Shown in pieces: positions 12,205 to 24,443 of a stretch of 64,000 nt of DNA (position 1 is its first letter; the number at the start of each line of letters is the position of its first letter). Origin of the DNA: Stegostoma tigrinum (Eukaryota); contig NC_081396.1 of assembly GCF_030684315.1 (NCBI RefSeq), positions 1,736,001-1,800,000 of the forward strand, read 5' to 3'. A program made the translations under genes and the position numbers. The notes below the pieces were generated by a model. The model was not told where the DNA came from. It saw only the letters and a program-made list of their open reading frames with translations, and did no database searches.

Positions 12205-14010
12205 AGTAATGAAATGTGAGGGTGGATGAACACAGCAGGCCCAGCAGCATCTCAGGAGCACAAAAGCTAACGTTTCAGGCCTAGACCCTTCATCAGAGAG
12301 GGGGATGGGGTGAGGGTTCTGGAATAAATATGGAGAGAGGGGGAGGCGGACCAAAGATGGAGAGAAAAGAAGATAGGTGGAGAGGAGAGAATAGGTGGGG
12401 AGGTAGGGAGGGGTTAGGTCAGTCCAGCGAAGACGGACAGGTCAAGGAGGTGGGATGAGCTTAGTAGGTAGGAGATGGAGGTGCGGCTTGAGGTGGGAGG
12501 AATGGATGGGTGAGAGGAAGAACAGGTTAGGGAGGCAGAGACAGGTTGGACTGGTTTTGGGATGCAGTGTGTGGAGGGGAAGAGCTGGGCTGGTTGTGTG
12601 GTGCAGTGGGGGGAGGGGCGAACTGGGCTGGTTTTGGGATGTGGTGGGGGAAGGGGAGATTTTGAAGCTGGTGAAGTCCACATTGATACAATTGGGCTGC
12701 AGGGTTCCCAAGCAGAATATGAGTGGCTGTTCCTGCAAACTTCGGGTGGCATCATTGTGGCACTTGGACATCTGGGATGTGCAGGAGCTCTTCAAGGACT
12801 GCAACTATCCCCCCACAGTGGACAAGAATGCCCTTGACCGCGTCTCCCACATTTCCCGCAACACATCCCTCACACCCCGCCCCCACCACAACCGCCCAAA
12901 GAGGATCCCCCTCATTCTCACACACCACCCCACCAAACTCTGGATACAACGCATCATCTTCCGACACTTCCGCCATCTACAATCCTACACCACCTCCCAA
13001 GACATTTTTCCATCCCCACCCCTGTCTGCTTTCCGGAGAGACCACTCTCTCTGTGACTCCCTTGTTCGCTCCACACTGCCCTCCAACCCCAACACACCCA
13101 GCACCTTCCCCTGCAACCGCAGGAAATGTTACACTTGCCCCCACACCTCCTCCCTCACCCCTATCCCAGGTCCAAAGATGACTTTCCACATTAAGCAGAG
13201 GTTCACCTGCACATCTGCCAATGAGGTACACTGCATCCACTGTAACCGGTGTGGCTTTCTCTACATTGGGGAAACCAAGTGGAGGCTTGGGGACCGCTTT
13301 GCAGACACATCCGCTCGGTTCGCAATAAACAACTGCACCTCCCAGTCGCAAACCATTTCCACTCCCCCTCCCATTCTTTATATGACATGTCCATCATGGG
13401 CCCCCTGCAGTGCCACAAATGATGCCACCCGAAGGTTGCAGGAACAGCAACTCATAATCTGCTTGGGAAGCCTGCAGCCCAATGGTATCAACGTGGATTT
13501 CACCAGCTTCAAAATCTCCCCTTCCCCCATGGCATCCCAAAACCAGCCCAGTTCATCCCCTCCCACCACTGCACCACACAACCAGCCCAGCTCTTCCCCC
13601 CCCCACCCATTGCATCCCAAAACCAGTCCAACCTGTCTCTGCCTCCCTAACCTGTTCTTCCTCTCACCCATCCCTTCCTTCCACCTCAAGCCGCACCTCC
13701 ATCTCCTACCTACTAACCTCATCCCACCTCCTTGACCTGTCCGTCTTCCCTGGACTGACCTATCCACTCCCTACCTCCCCACCTATACTCTCCTCTCCAC
13801 CTATCTTGTTTTCTCTCCATCTTTGGTCCGCCTCCCCCTCTCTCCCTATTTATTCCAGAACCCTCACCCCATCCCCCTCTCTGATGAAGGGTCTAGGCCC
13901 GAAACGTCAGCTTTTGTGCTCCTGAGATGCTGCTGGACCTGTTGTGTTCATCCAGCCTCACCTTTCGTTTTCTTGGATTCTCCAGCATCTGCAGTTCCCA
14001 TTATCACCAA
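12205..14010. mobile_element. Penelope-like element (Neptune-type GIY-YIG), 5'-truncated, with an inverted arm
   Basis: Minus arm ~12210-12787 and plus arm 12788-~14005, encoding CNRRKCYTC...CGFLYIGETKWRLGDRF. Site empty in copy 3 (~43640-43665). Hammerhead cores at 12269-12296 (-) and 13881-13908 (+). Confidence 0.85.
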
Positions 14011-14648
14011 AAAAAAGTATTAGTTGATGCTGGCATTCAGCTGCAGAAATGTAGTTGGCAAAAACTGGTACTCCTGGCAGATCACCGGGAGCTTTCATTG
14101 CATCACTGGTGGCATGATGTCATTGTGGGATCAAAGTGATATTCCTGGAGTGCAGCAACGACAAAAGTGGCCTCAGAGTGTTATTGCTGGAGTTTGCTGT
14201 GTTACAGAGGAGTTGCCGAGACCACAGCCACTGTGAGGACAATCCGCCAATGTCAAGATGAGCACAAAATGGGAGGGAAAACTCAGATTTTGATTATTTT
14301 GAGTCATATCTGAATATCTTCTGTAACTGAAAATTTGCCAAAGCATACCAATAACACACGTTTCACAATATATTTGTTATGCAAGTGACAGCAAATCATT
14401 CAATTCAATTTAAAGTAGCATGTCTGTATTGTAAGTGTCCAGTACAAGCCGTGAGAAAGGGCAACTGTACAATGGGTTTCACAGGTTCCCAAATGGTCTT
14501 CAGGAAACACATAGCTTATTAGGAAGATTGGATAGACGGGTCTAAGAAAGGAATATATCCAATTCTAGAAAATTGTGCGGCAAATATGTGTACACAAGTT
14601 GCTGATTTAAACTGGAATCATTGTGCTGACCTGACCTTAATTTCAAGT

Positions 14649-14798
14649 NNNNNNNNNNNNNNNNNNNNNNNNNNNNNNNNNNNNNNNNNNNNNNNNNNNN
14701 NNNNNNNNNNNNNNNNNNNNNNNNNNNNNNNNNNNNNNNNNNNNNNNNNNNNNNNNNNNNNNNNNNNNNNNNNNNNNNNNNNNNNNNNNNNNNNNNNN
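14649..14798. other. Assembly gap (150 N)
   Basis: Run of N; the paralogous position in copy 3 (~44780-44900) is a TG-rich simple repeat. Confidence 0.99.
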
Positions 14799-15183
14799 CA
14801 TAGCTTTGTGACCTTGTGTGCTGCAGTCTGCGTGTGATTGACTGTGGGTAACTTGAAAATACGAGTTTTAGTTTGCACCTCCATATATGCATTTGAACGT
14901 GATTGCCTGTGCATTTTTGACATTTGAAGCGTGTCCTTGCGTCCAATGCATTAACATGACTTGTACTGGACACACGAAGGAAACCTCATTGGATTCACCG
15001 TGCCCAAATTCCTGAAGGTCAGATAAATCGAGTTTTCAAGAAGTTATTCAGTCGAAAATCAACCAATTCCAATGAAAGTTTCAATTCACAGCCCCATCTG
15101 TGACTGCCCCTAAAAGTCAGTCGCCTTCCTGACTTGGAAATACAGCATAATTCCATCCATGTCACTGGGCTAAAATTGTGATC

Positions 15184-15740
15184 ATAGATGATGGGAACTG
15201 CAGATGCTGGAGAATCCAAGACAACAAAGTGTGAAGCTGGATGTTCCATTATCTCTGATGACAATTTTAATCTCAATGCAAAGTCTGTTCCAGGGATGCT
15301 TAACATGAAGAAGTTACCCTCCTCCCTCCGGACCAACACGAGGGAATCTCTCATCTTCGGTCTGTCTCCCCCTGTCTCCGTATTTATTTCAGAACCTTCT
15401 CCCTATCCCCCTCTCTGCTGAAGGATCTAGGCCCGAAACGTCAGATTTTGGGCTCCTGAGATGCTGCTTGGCATGCTGTGTTCATCCAGCTTCACACTTT
15501 GTTGTTTTGGATTCTGCAGTGTCGGCAGTTCCCATTATCTCTGATCGCAATGTTAACCTCACTGTGAAGCCTCTTCCAGGGATGCCTAACCTGAAGAGGT
15601 TACCTTCCTCCCTCCGGACCAACCTCAGGGAATCTCTCATCTTCGGTCCGCCTCCCACTCTCCCTATTTATTTCAGAACCCGCCCCCCCATCCCCCTCTC
15701 TGATGAAGGGCCTCGGCCTGAAACTTCAGCTTTTGGCCTC
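15184..15740 (+). mobile_element. Tandem ~285-bp Penelope pLTR-derived units with degenerate hammerheads, preceded by an inverted tip
   Basis: 15244 and 15529 begin near-identical units; hammerhead-like cores at 15415-15442 and 15700-15727; 15190-15243 is the element end in reverse. Confidence 0.7.
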
Positions 15741-18042
15741 ACTGGGATAAAATGTCAGTTTGTTTCAAAAAAATCTACGAAAATCCACCCCCCCCCCCCG
15801 ATTCTGTTGCCTCCTCTGATTAGATCAAATCTGTGAGCTGCTTGTTATATTGAAACTCTATTTTATGCTCTTTCTGTCAAGTTGATCGTCCGTCATTCTT
15901 TGTATCAAGTTTAATTATTTTCATTATTTACCATGGACAGATTTTTTCCCCATGGCAGGCTCGGAAACGAATATTGCAACAACATGTATTATTATTTGTC
16001 AATTTCCCCAAATCAAATATTATCCCAGATTTGAGTGTCAAGCTGGAATTATTGCTCGCTTCATTGTTATTTCGTTAAACAGATTAGGGTCAATGTTCTA
16101 CTGTTGAGTTTATTTCAGACTGATGTCGACAGATTTGTGGATACTCAAGGAATCAGAAGCAGAGAGATAACCCTCGAAGGTGGTTGAGAGTTGGAACAGA
16201 ATAGTACCATTGAGTGGCGGTACAGGGTCGAATTGCCAGTTGGAGTATTTCAACTTTTACCCATTGTGATCTTGTGACCAGCTCTATGACATTTTTGTCA
16301 GAAGAATTGTTTGGGCACCACTTTCGGACGAAAATAAGTACATCAATCGACAATGAAACTAAAATAATTCAGCTTCAGTTTCCTCAAAGCAATTACCAGC
16401 TCTGAACTATAACAAAAACTAGTTTCTGCTCCATACAGTCAAATCAATAATCAGATCTGAGGCTGAAATAATTCAGCTTCAAGTCCTCATTTCAACCCCT
16501 TATGACCTTTATAATTACATTGACCATTGTGATTTGCTTATTGCATGCTGTTCTGGCTCTTTTGATTCGTAAACTAACAAATTGCAATGATTTTTTTTTG
16601 CAAGCAAGAACAATCACGTAACCTTCACTTTAACAGTATGATCTCGTCGTTTGTAGTATGTCCACTTCATTTAAAACCATTGATCATTATTTCTTTAAAG
16701 GACTAGACACCACATTCTTCCATATTTTTCGGCCTTTAGCCTTGCAGGCACAGAGTCGTAATACCAAATTAGCACGAAGCAGTTTGAAGAACGATAGTAA
16801 CCATAAACTCACTTTGTCAATTCCAGCTGTATATGTTTGTTTCAAATGTACATTCACGAAGGGGCAAAGCCCCACATTCATGATCTACGTCTTTCAATGC
16901 TATGATGTTGTGGCTTTTGAGGGTTTGTGGTCCACATTTTCTGCACCAATCAACAAATCGTGAAGTGGAAGAAGTTTCACCATCTGGAAAACTGTTACTA
17001 TGGGACAGGTGACAGATTAGAGAAAAATCTGAACTTGTAAAACTTTTTTTTCTGGAAATTCTTTGACTTGAAATATGTTTAAATACTTAATGAGCCAAGA
17101 TTTAATAAGTGCAGCATTGCAATAATGAATATATTCTGCAGAATATATTTGACAGATTTGATAGGGCTATTTATATCAATTTGTACTTCATAATGTTGTG
17201 GAAGAAATAATACGCAAGATATTGATTCGAGCCCTGAGCGAAGATATACACAATAGGTAAATGCAACAACTGACTAATTACATAATGTGTACTACACGAA
17301 AACAGAATAAAATGGCGTTTTTATTTCAAAAGATGTTTATCCGAAGTGTACAGATTGTGCAATATACTTCTAACAGTTCCGGGAAGTATTTGTTTTATTA
17401 CGAAAAAGTGCTTTGTGCGCTAATGTATGATTCATACTATCTGTCATGATAACACTGCATTGTTCTCATTGATTATGTATTTGTTAATCATTGTTCGACA
17501 GCTTTAATTCGTAAGGGAAACAGCCTATATGACTCTGAATTCATTATGGGTTCTTTCAATGTTTATAGTATGCAAGCGTCTATGATATTGACAGCTACTG
17601 AATTAGAATTTCATAATTGTCAAATATTTCCTAACTTGACGTGCTTCAATCTACACCAGTGTTAGCCACACTTCTCCACGAAATGCCATATTTCAATTAA
17701 CATTTCTCCTTAGGAATATATTAATTCGATTCAATAGCTTGACAGATAAAAGTCAAAAATTTTCTCTTCTGCCAACAACTCTTTCAAAAACGGTTTACGG
17801 ACGCCATTAGTTCCATATCATATGCAGGATTTTACTTTCTATATGAGAGGGTGTTCCCATAGCTTCCCGGGTAAATGGCCGTTTACGCTGTTCTTCTGAA
17901 GTGAATGTAATAATTAGAACCAAAGTTCATCGTGATCAATTTCGTCTATATTTATGTGTTCCTGGTCTTTGCACTGAAGTGCCGGTGCATGTGTTGTTAA
18001 CAACCATGAACAGGCTGCAGCTGTGACCCAGAAACATGCGAC

Positions 18043-18081
18043 AATTATTGTAGGAGGCTTCTGATCGTCCCTGCCACTGTC
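18043..18081 (-). other. Degenerate 23-RSS of V pseudogene 1
   Basis: Minus strand: GACAGTG, 23-nt spacer gcagggacgatcagaagcctcct, then ACAATAATT. Confidence 0.8.
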
Positions 18082-18364
18082 AGGCTCACTGCACAATAAT
18101 ACATCTCGTTGTCAGACAGTAGCAGATTCGAGAATATCAATTGATTGTCTGCTTAGGGTATCAGAAACCCCAACACGAGTGAATTTTGCTTTATATGGAT
18201 CGCATTTAATTGTGTACCTCTGGAATGCGAACTCAGGCTGTCTGCCTGGGCAAGATAGGCATTAGAAGAAGGATTAAATATCATCTGTGTACGTGGTGTT
18301 TAAAGTAGCGTCTTCTATCTGAGTAAGCGATCCTGCTAAGTAACAGATTCTCCATCGCTCACAT
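18082..18364 (-). pseudogene. TCR alpha/delta-type V pseudogene
   Basis: Minus strand reads VSDGESVT*Q / EDATLNTTYT / FF*CLSCPGRQPEF / QLIFSNLLLSDNEMYYCAVS. It has frameshifts and stops, has lost the first Cys, has an AG>AA acceptor, and is followed by a 23-RSS. Confidence 0.82.
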
Positions 18365-18639
18365 TTGAAACACAAGTTTAAAGAAACAGGATGTCAACAT
18401 CAAACGTTAAACTAAGCTTACAGTAAATAAGAGAGTCGCATTTGTTCAATGTAAAAATAAATTGAATTTTCACTCGCTAATAACATATTCATTTTCTTTT
18501 TCTGCTCATGTCGATGGCTGGAAACCCTGCACCCAGTGGTGGCGGCCTCCTCTTGATCATATATGTGCATCCTCTTTACATTGTGCAGAATGGTGTCATG
18601 GCTGTCTGTTCCTCCATGAAGAAAAATCCTCCATCATCT

Positions 18640-19570
18640 CCATTCACCATCACCCTCCTTAGCCTGAATTTCTGCCAGCTCCAGGTGAAATCATCACCAG
18701 AGACATGCTCCCATTCCATTCCAACATTCCCCAGGAGCCCACTCTTCAAGAAACCTTGGCTCACTCCTCCTCGTTTCTCAATCCATTTTCGCACACCCAC
18801 GGTGCCTCCCCACGTGAGCTCAGAAAATGTAATACCTGCCTTATATGTCATGCCTCCTGACTTTTCAAGAACCCAGACACATCCTCTAGGTGAAATATCA
18901 CTCCAGTCAATCTAGCCTTCTGAATTTGCTGCACATAACCTCGCCTGTTCCAACATAGAGGAGGCAAAACAAAGATCAGTGACTTCTTTGAAAAAACGCC
19001 TATTTCCTGTTCACAAAAACGGCTCTAAGTTTTCTGTTTCCTGTCAGCTTAACACACCACCATACTTCCTATCACCTTCCCTGTCTCAAATTTGCTGTAG
19101 CATTCCAGTGAAGGTCAGAATAAGTTGGAAGACGAGTACGTTTTTCCTCTTGCGGACCATGCAGCCTTCAGGAATCAATATTGAGTCCAATCACTTTTGT
19201 ATCTGAGCACCAACTATTAAGTCCTTATCCCAACTGCCATACAGTAAACATTGTCTTCACATAGGTGGCGAGCACAACAAACCCTTCATCAACTGCTAGT
19301 AGTTTCCATTAGCAACTATTGATACTTCCAAGCTGCTTCTTTACGATTCCTTTCTCTGTCCAGCTTCTGTTGTATCTCTCTGAGCTCTATCTATACACGA
19401 TTCATTCGTTCACCCCTAGACCCATTCAATTTTCAGCATGTATGCAAACCATTTCCTACCTCCAATCAGTTCTGAAGAATTACTGGACCAAAATGATGAA
19501 CTCTTCTTTGTCTCTCCAGATGCCGCCAGACACGAAAAGTTTTATCGCAATCTCCATCCTTGTTTTTGGC
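18640..19570 (+). mobile_element. Old degenerate Penelope-like element fragment
   Basis: Diverged similarity to the GIY-YIG region and 3' end of the family-A copies (e.g. accatgcagccttcaggaatcaatattgag). Confidence 0.5.
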
Positions 19571-19659
19571 TTTGTCAAGCACTTTGTCAAGTATCTGATA
19601 AGCTTGATTAAATTATTTGATAAGGTGGCACTGGCATGGAACAGGGTGGTATTATGGAC

Positions 19660-20700
19660 CTTGTAGTTTTGGACCATCAAAAAATCATTTGGTAAAGTGT
19701 CACATGCCAAGCTACTTAGAAAAATCGAAACCTATTTGATGTTGATGGCTGCTAGGCAGCATGAGACGTTGTTTGAAAGATTGGAAACTGAGGGTGGACA
19801 TAAAAGGGCAATTTTCCGTTTGAGATATCTTGAAAGTCGTGTCCAAGAGAACATTTTAGGGTCCATTGTGTCTTCTTATTTACATAAACAGTTTGGTGAT
19901 GGGTGCTGAGGACAAAGTATCTACATTTGCAGACGATACTAAGCCTAAGATAATAGTGACCTGTGAGGCTCATGCTGGACGAATTCAAAGGAGAATGGAC
20001 AAGTTGGTAAAAAGGGCATAGACATGGGAGATGAATTCCAATGCATGTCAAGTGACAGTTAGTAAGATTTTGTGGGAGAAGCATGGAGAGGTCTGACATG
20101 TTCAATGGCCGAACTTTTGAGCGGAATACAATAGTAGAGAAACCTGGGAGTTCAAGTGTTTAATTCTTGACAGATCTGCAGGAAAGTTGAGACAATGGTT
20201 AAGAACGCTAATAAAATTGCTATATTTAGACATGGAGGTTTCGAGTGTATAAACAAGAAAGTGACCCTCCACCACTCCAAATTATTGGTCAGAGCACATT
20301 TGGACTATTGTCTTCATTTGTGGGCAGTTTATTTCAGGATTATGAGGTTAATTTACTGAGGAGTTCAAAATTGTGAATAGTTTTGATGGAATAAAGAAGG
20401 ACATTCTGTTTTCACTGCTTGGTACATCATAAGTGGAGTTACAATTTCAAGGCTGTCAGCAGAAGAACTAGGACTGAGATGTAGACAAACTTCTTAACTA
20501 ACAGCCTTACTAGGATTGGGAATGCATCTCTTGAGAGAATGGCAGAGGCAAATTCCTTGCAAAGTTTCAAAATGTGTTGGAAATATATTTCAAAGTGGAT
20601 TTGGAGAGCTACAGAGCTAAGGCTGGAGAATGACACTAGCTGGGTAACTCTTTCAAAGCCTGGGACAACCAGGATGCGTTACATGACTTCTTTCTATACT
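19660..20700 (+). mobile_element. Degenerate CR1 LINE, RT C-terminus and 3' end
   Basis: tttgcagacgatactaag (FADDTK); paralogous copy at 33450-34360. Confidence 0.75.
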
Positions 20701-23700
20701 GTACAATTCTATGATTCTATACAGCATTCATACTGAAAAAACATTCACTCAATTTCAGATCATGCTTGTTTAATTCCTTTCTAAATCAAGCAACTGAATA
20801 AACATTTCAAATAGTTAACATTTGTTATGCTTTGGAATTTTATGTTGAACGGTCAAAAAGCGAAACACGATCATTTCTATAATAAGTAAATAAATAGTAC
20901 ATGATAAGTATAGCAACATTCAGCTCAACAGCGTACTTCCTTTCCTTTCGAAGCTGATCACAGCTTTCGACCTGATATTGAGAACAGAGGGCGCAGTGGA
21001 GATTGTGTTGAATGCTGCGGAGCAATTCGACTGAAGCAAAAAGATTTTCTGTCAGGGTGTTTATTTGAAAAGTAATCGATTCCACGTTTCTATACGCGGT
21101 TCGTTCATGGCAAAGGGTTTTTTTTTTTGTGCGTGTGTGTGTGCGATTTTTTCAAACTGTCACGTTTCTGCTCATATGTGATGTGATCATTTTTATGTCT
21201 TGGTCCTTCGTTGTTAGTCCCAGTAGATACACTTAGAAGCCATTCTTCCTGCGGTCTGAATCTCCATCTGTTATCTGTCTTTTTAAATTTTGTTGCAGTA
21301 TTGGAAAGCAGCCTTTTCACTAATCACTGTCAATATAATATTGACAAGTGCTTTAATGGTGAACATTTTTTCTCTGTAAAATACTAGATCAGAACGAGGC
21401 ACTTGGAAATTTCAATTAAATTTATTGTGTTTCTCTGGCTTCGTTGTCCCGTTGGTCAGCAACATTATTGGTATAAATAACGTAATTGAGGACTGTTGAG
21501 ATGTATTCAGGAAATGTATTCCAATTAAGCATCTATATATTATCATCATTTTTGTTCATAATAAGTAAAAGGAATTAGCTGGACATAAAATGAAGATCGC
21601 ATGAATTTAGGGAAGATGTTTATTCATTTTAATGTGCAGGACACTGACAACCATCATTAAAGGTCGGGAGGTTCGAACAATATGAAACCTCAGTGATTAC
21701 CCAAATGGGACTGAAAAACCAATTTCCCTAAAGTCGGTTTTGCAGCATCAAACAATGGAAAGTGATCTCAATGGAAATAAAATCCAATAACATTCACTTC
21801 CCAGTTTACCATCATTGGTAGATGGCGTCGATTTGTCACTTTACAATTTCCAGCATAAGTCATGAGGTTAACTTTTGATTTAGAAATATGGCAGAACTTG
21901 AATCTCCCCAAAGCTTTTTAATAATTCACGACAGAAGGAGAGTCAGAAAGAATGAAGGACAGATGGAAATCAATTCCTTCCAAGAGATGGCTGAAGAGCG
22001 GTTGTGCTTTGAGACAACCAATCTTCGACTTGAAAACTAAATAATACCTAATAACAATATTTTACAAGTGGCTGCTTACAACATCGCTAATTAATCTCTT
22101 ACTCAATGAATAGAATGCAATGTTATCCCTTTTCCTTATTTTCTCAAACACTGAGAGTCCTAAACTTACAACTGAGAGTTCTAAACTCAGCAGGAAATCA
22201 GTGTCTTGTTGTTAGGTCATCGTGTTTGTACGAGGTTCTGAAAGAGTTACCCAGCTTTTGTCATTCTGCAGCCCTAGCTCTGTAGCTCTCCAAATCCATA
22301 ACTTTCAAATATATTTCCAAATCATTTTCAAACTTCACAAGGAATCGGCCTCAGCCTTTTCGTCTCTGGAGAAATTGTGTCTGAACTGTAATGTTAACTG
22401 CCTGATGTCGATGTAGTCTGCTGCAGACAAACGCTTACAACGACTCCAACATTTATCAGCTCTGTACGACATGGGATACTGATGACGAAATTCTGTCCTC
22501 ATTCCGCTCAAGGAGATCCAACATCATTTCAATGAGTGATATTGCTGCCCACGATATTGGCACGTAGTATAATGCAAAACAAATACAGTTAAAAAAATGA
22601 TCACAACTGTACAACATCTTGGTGGCATCCGGTTCCTACATCCTCACTTTCCCCAAAGCTAGACCTTTATAAATTTTGGTAATTATCACAAATGTTACTT
22701 TGCATTATATTAAAAACCCATTTTGATCAGCATACAATCTCTTGCCGGCCTTACTACAAATACAATACATTCAGTAACATAGTACAGTGATACTATGTGC
22801 ATTGTATTTATCGTTAAGAGTGGCAAGAGATTATATTGTTATCCAAAGTTTTTTTTAAAATAAAGTGAAAAACCAAAGTAGAGGAACAATGAGATGCATT
22901 TTGAAATTTTTAACGGAAGATTTTGGTAAAGAGGTACCTAGATCAAACCAAAAAAGTGAACAGCTGTGCGTTTTTTCCTTAAGTGGGAACAACAGAAGCA
23001 GCGTGAATCGATGGAACCAGGCTCCCACAGATCCTGGTTTTATTTTTGGGGTTTGTAAGCTTTAAAGCTGTATGTTTCTTTCCCTACTAAACCTCAAAGA
23101 CGTGAATTGTATCTCTCTGACAGAATCCGGTGTGACACAATCTATTTTTCTGAATTTACCTTTGCCAAGTGTGTTTTGTTGGACATTGGTGTATTGGGAC
23201 GGTCTCTGTTTCATCAATAAATAATCTTTGATTCTTCAAAGTCTTTTAATTTTACAGGGTTAATGTATTACCAATTCTTCTTTCTTCTTTTATAATTTTA
23301 CTGGGGGTTCAAATAAATTGTGTTCTGCTTAATAATGAGTTGTATGACCTGTTTATTTACGTCGAGGACACACACCTTATACTTACCTTTCATAAGATAA
23401 AAGTTAGGATTCAGGCGATGTCCTTGATATTTTTACAGGGGAAGGGCTTCTTTGTTCTGGTCCATAGCAGAAATGTGATTTTCTGTGTTTTTTTTAGCAA
23501 CGTTAGAAAATCTCCAGGATTCAATGACAAGTTTTTATATGGACAAGAAAAATGCACCTGTAGACGTCATCAAGATGCATGTCTCTGCTTTGAAGCTCAC
23601 ACCAAACCAGAAGTTCAATCAATTGGTACAAGACCTGTCATGCACTATCACCTCCTACCATTGAATAATTCTGCAACTGCAATTTGGAAGTACATCTGAA

Positions 23701-24373
23701 CTCATAATAGTAGGTATCAGAGTTTTTTTTTCCACTCCAAAAGATGTTTTCTTGTTGTGCGGCATGCGTTTCATTCCATCTAAAATTCCGCTTTCTCGTC
23801 ACTTTGCTCTTGATCAGGGAGTAGCTTCTCTTATGGCAGACTCTATTCCACACTTGAGAACAACAGCAAAAATGACACTTCACTTCCACACTTTAAAACT
23901 GACCACGAGAAAACCACTTTACTCTCACAGTTATAGCTAAAGTTGCAAAGTCCCAGAAAATCATAGTGCTTGCCTCTCTTTCAAGAGAAACAACTGTTGG
24001 TGTGATTTACCGGAGAACTTTTAGCCCTTTGGCAAAGGGGGAAGCTGAAAGACAGTGCCTTCATGGGAATCTCCAGGCAGTGCAGAATTTAATCGACACT
24101 GTTAAACTCATTCTGCACAACTGACCAATCGTCCAGCCGACTTAACTAACTGACCGCAATGTTTGAAAAGTATAATTATGTCGTTCACTTTATTAATTGA
24201 CAAACAGTAATCCTGAAACTGTGGACCTTTGTTTATCGAACTGTAACTAAAGTGTGTGCTGTAAAATACTTTTCCCTGTGGACCGTCTCAGTTCAAATAA
24301 ATATCGCACTTTTTGCTTGTGTTGCAGTATTAGGCCCTATAGCTTCAGGGACTTCTTCAGCTTCCAAAACACA

Positions 24374-24443
24374 ATGCATGGGACAGTAAAAGGACTCTTT
24401 TATGCCATTTGTTATCCTATTATCGCTGCCATTGGTGTGCCAG
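24374..24443 (+). CDS. GPR139/GPR142-like GPCR, copy 2, exon 1 (MHGTVKGLFYAICYPIIAAIGVP)
   Basis: ATG at 24374; 70 nt; CCAG|GTAAGT donor. Confidence 0.88.

Larger units (their letters stand above)
1690..15180 (+). repeat. GPCR duplicon copy 1 (lacks the ~4.6-kb V-pseudogene segment)
   Basis: 1713 ttctgttgcctcctctgatt matches 15802. At ~2705 the alignment jumps from the 16775-equivalent to the 21425-equivalent. The end matches ~45290 of copy 3. Confidence 0.8.

Noticed and set aside
12455-13735. 426-aa ORF as a host gene
   Set aside because: Read-through across the inverted Penelope junction.
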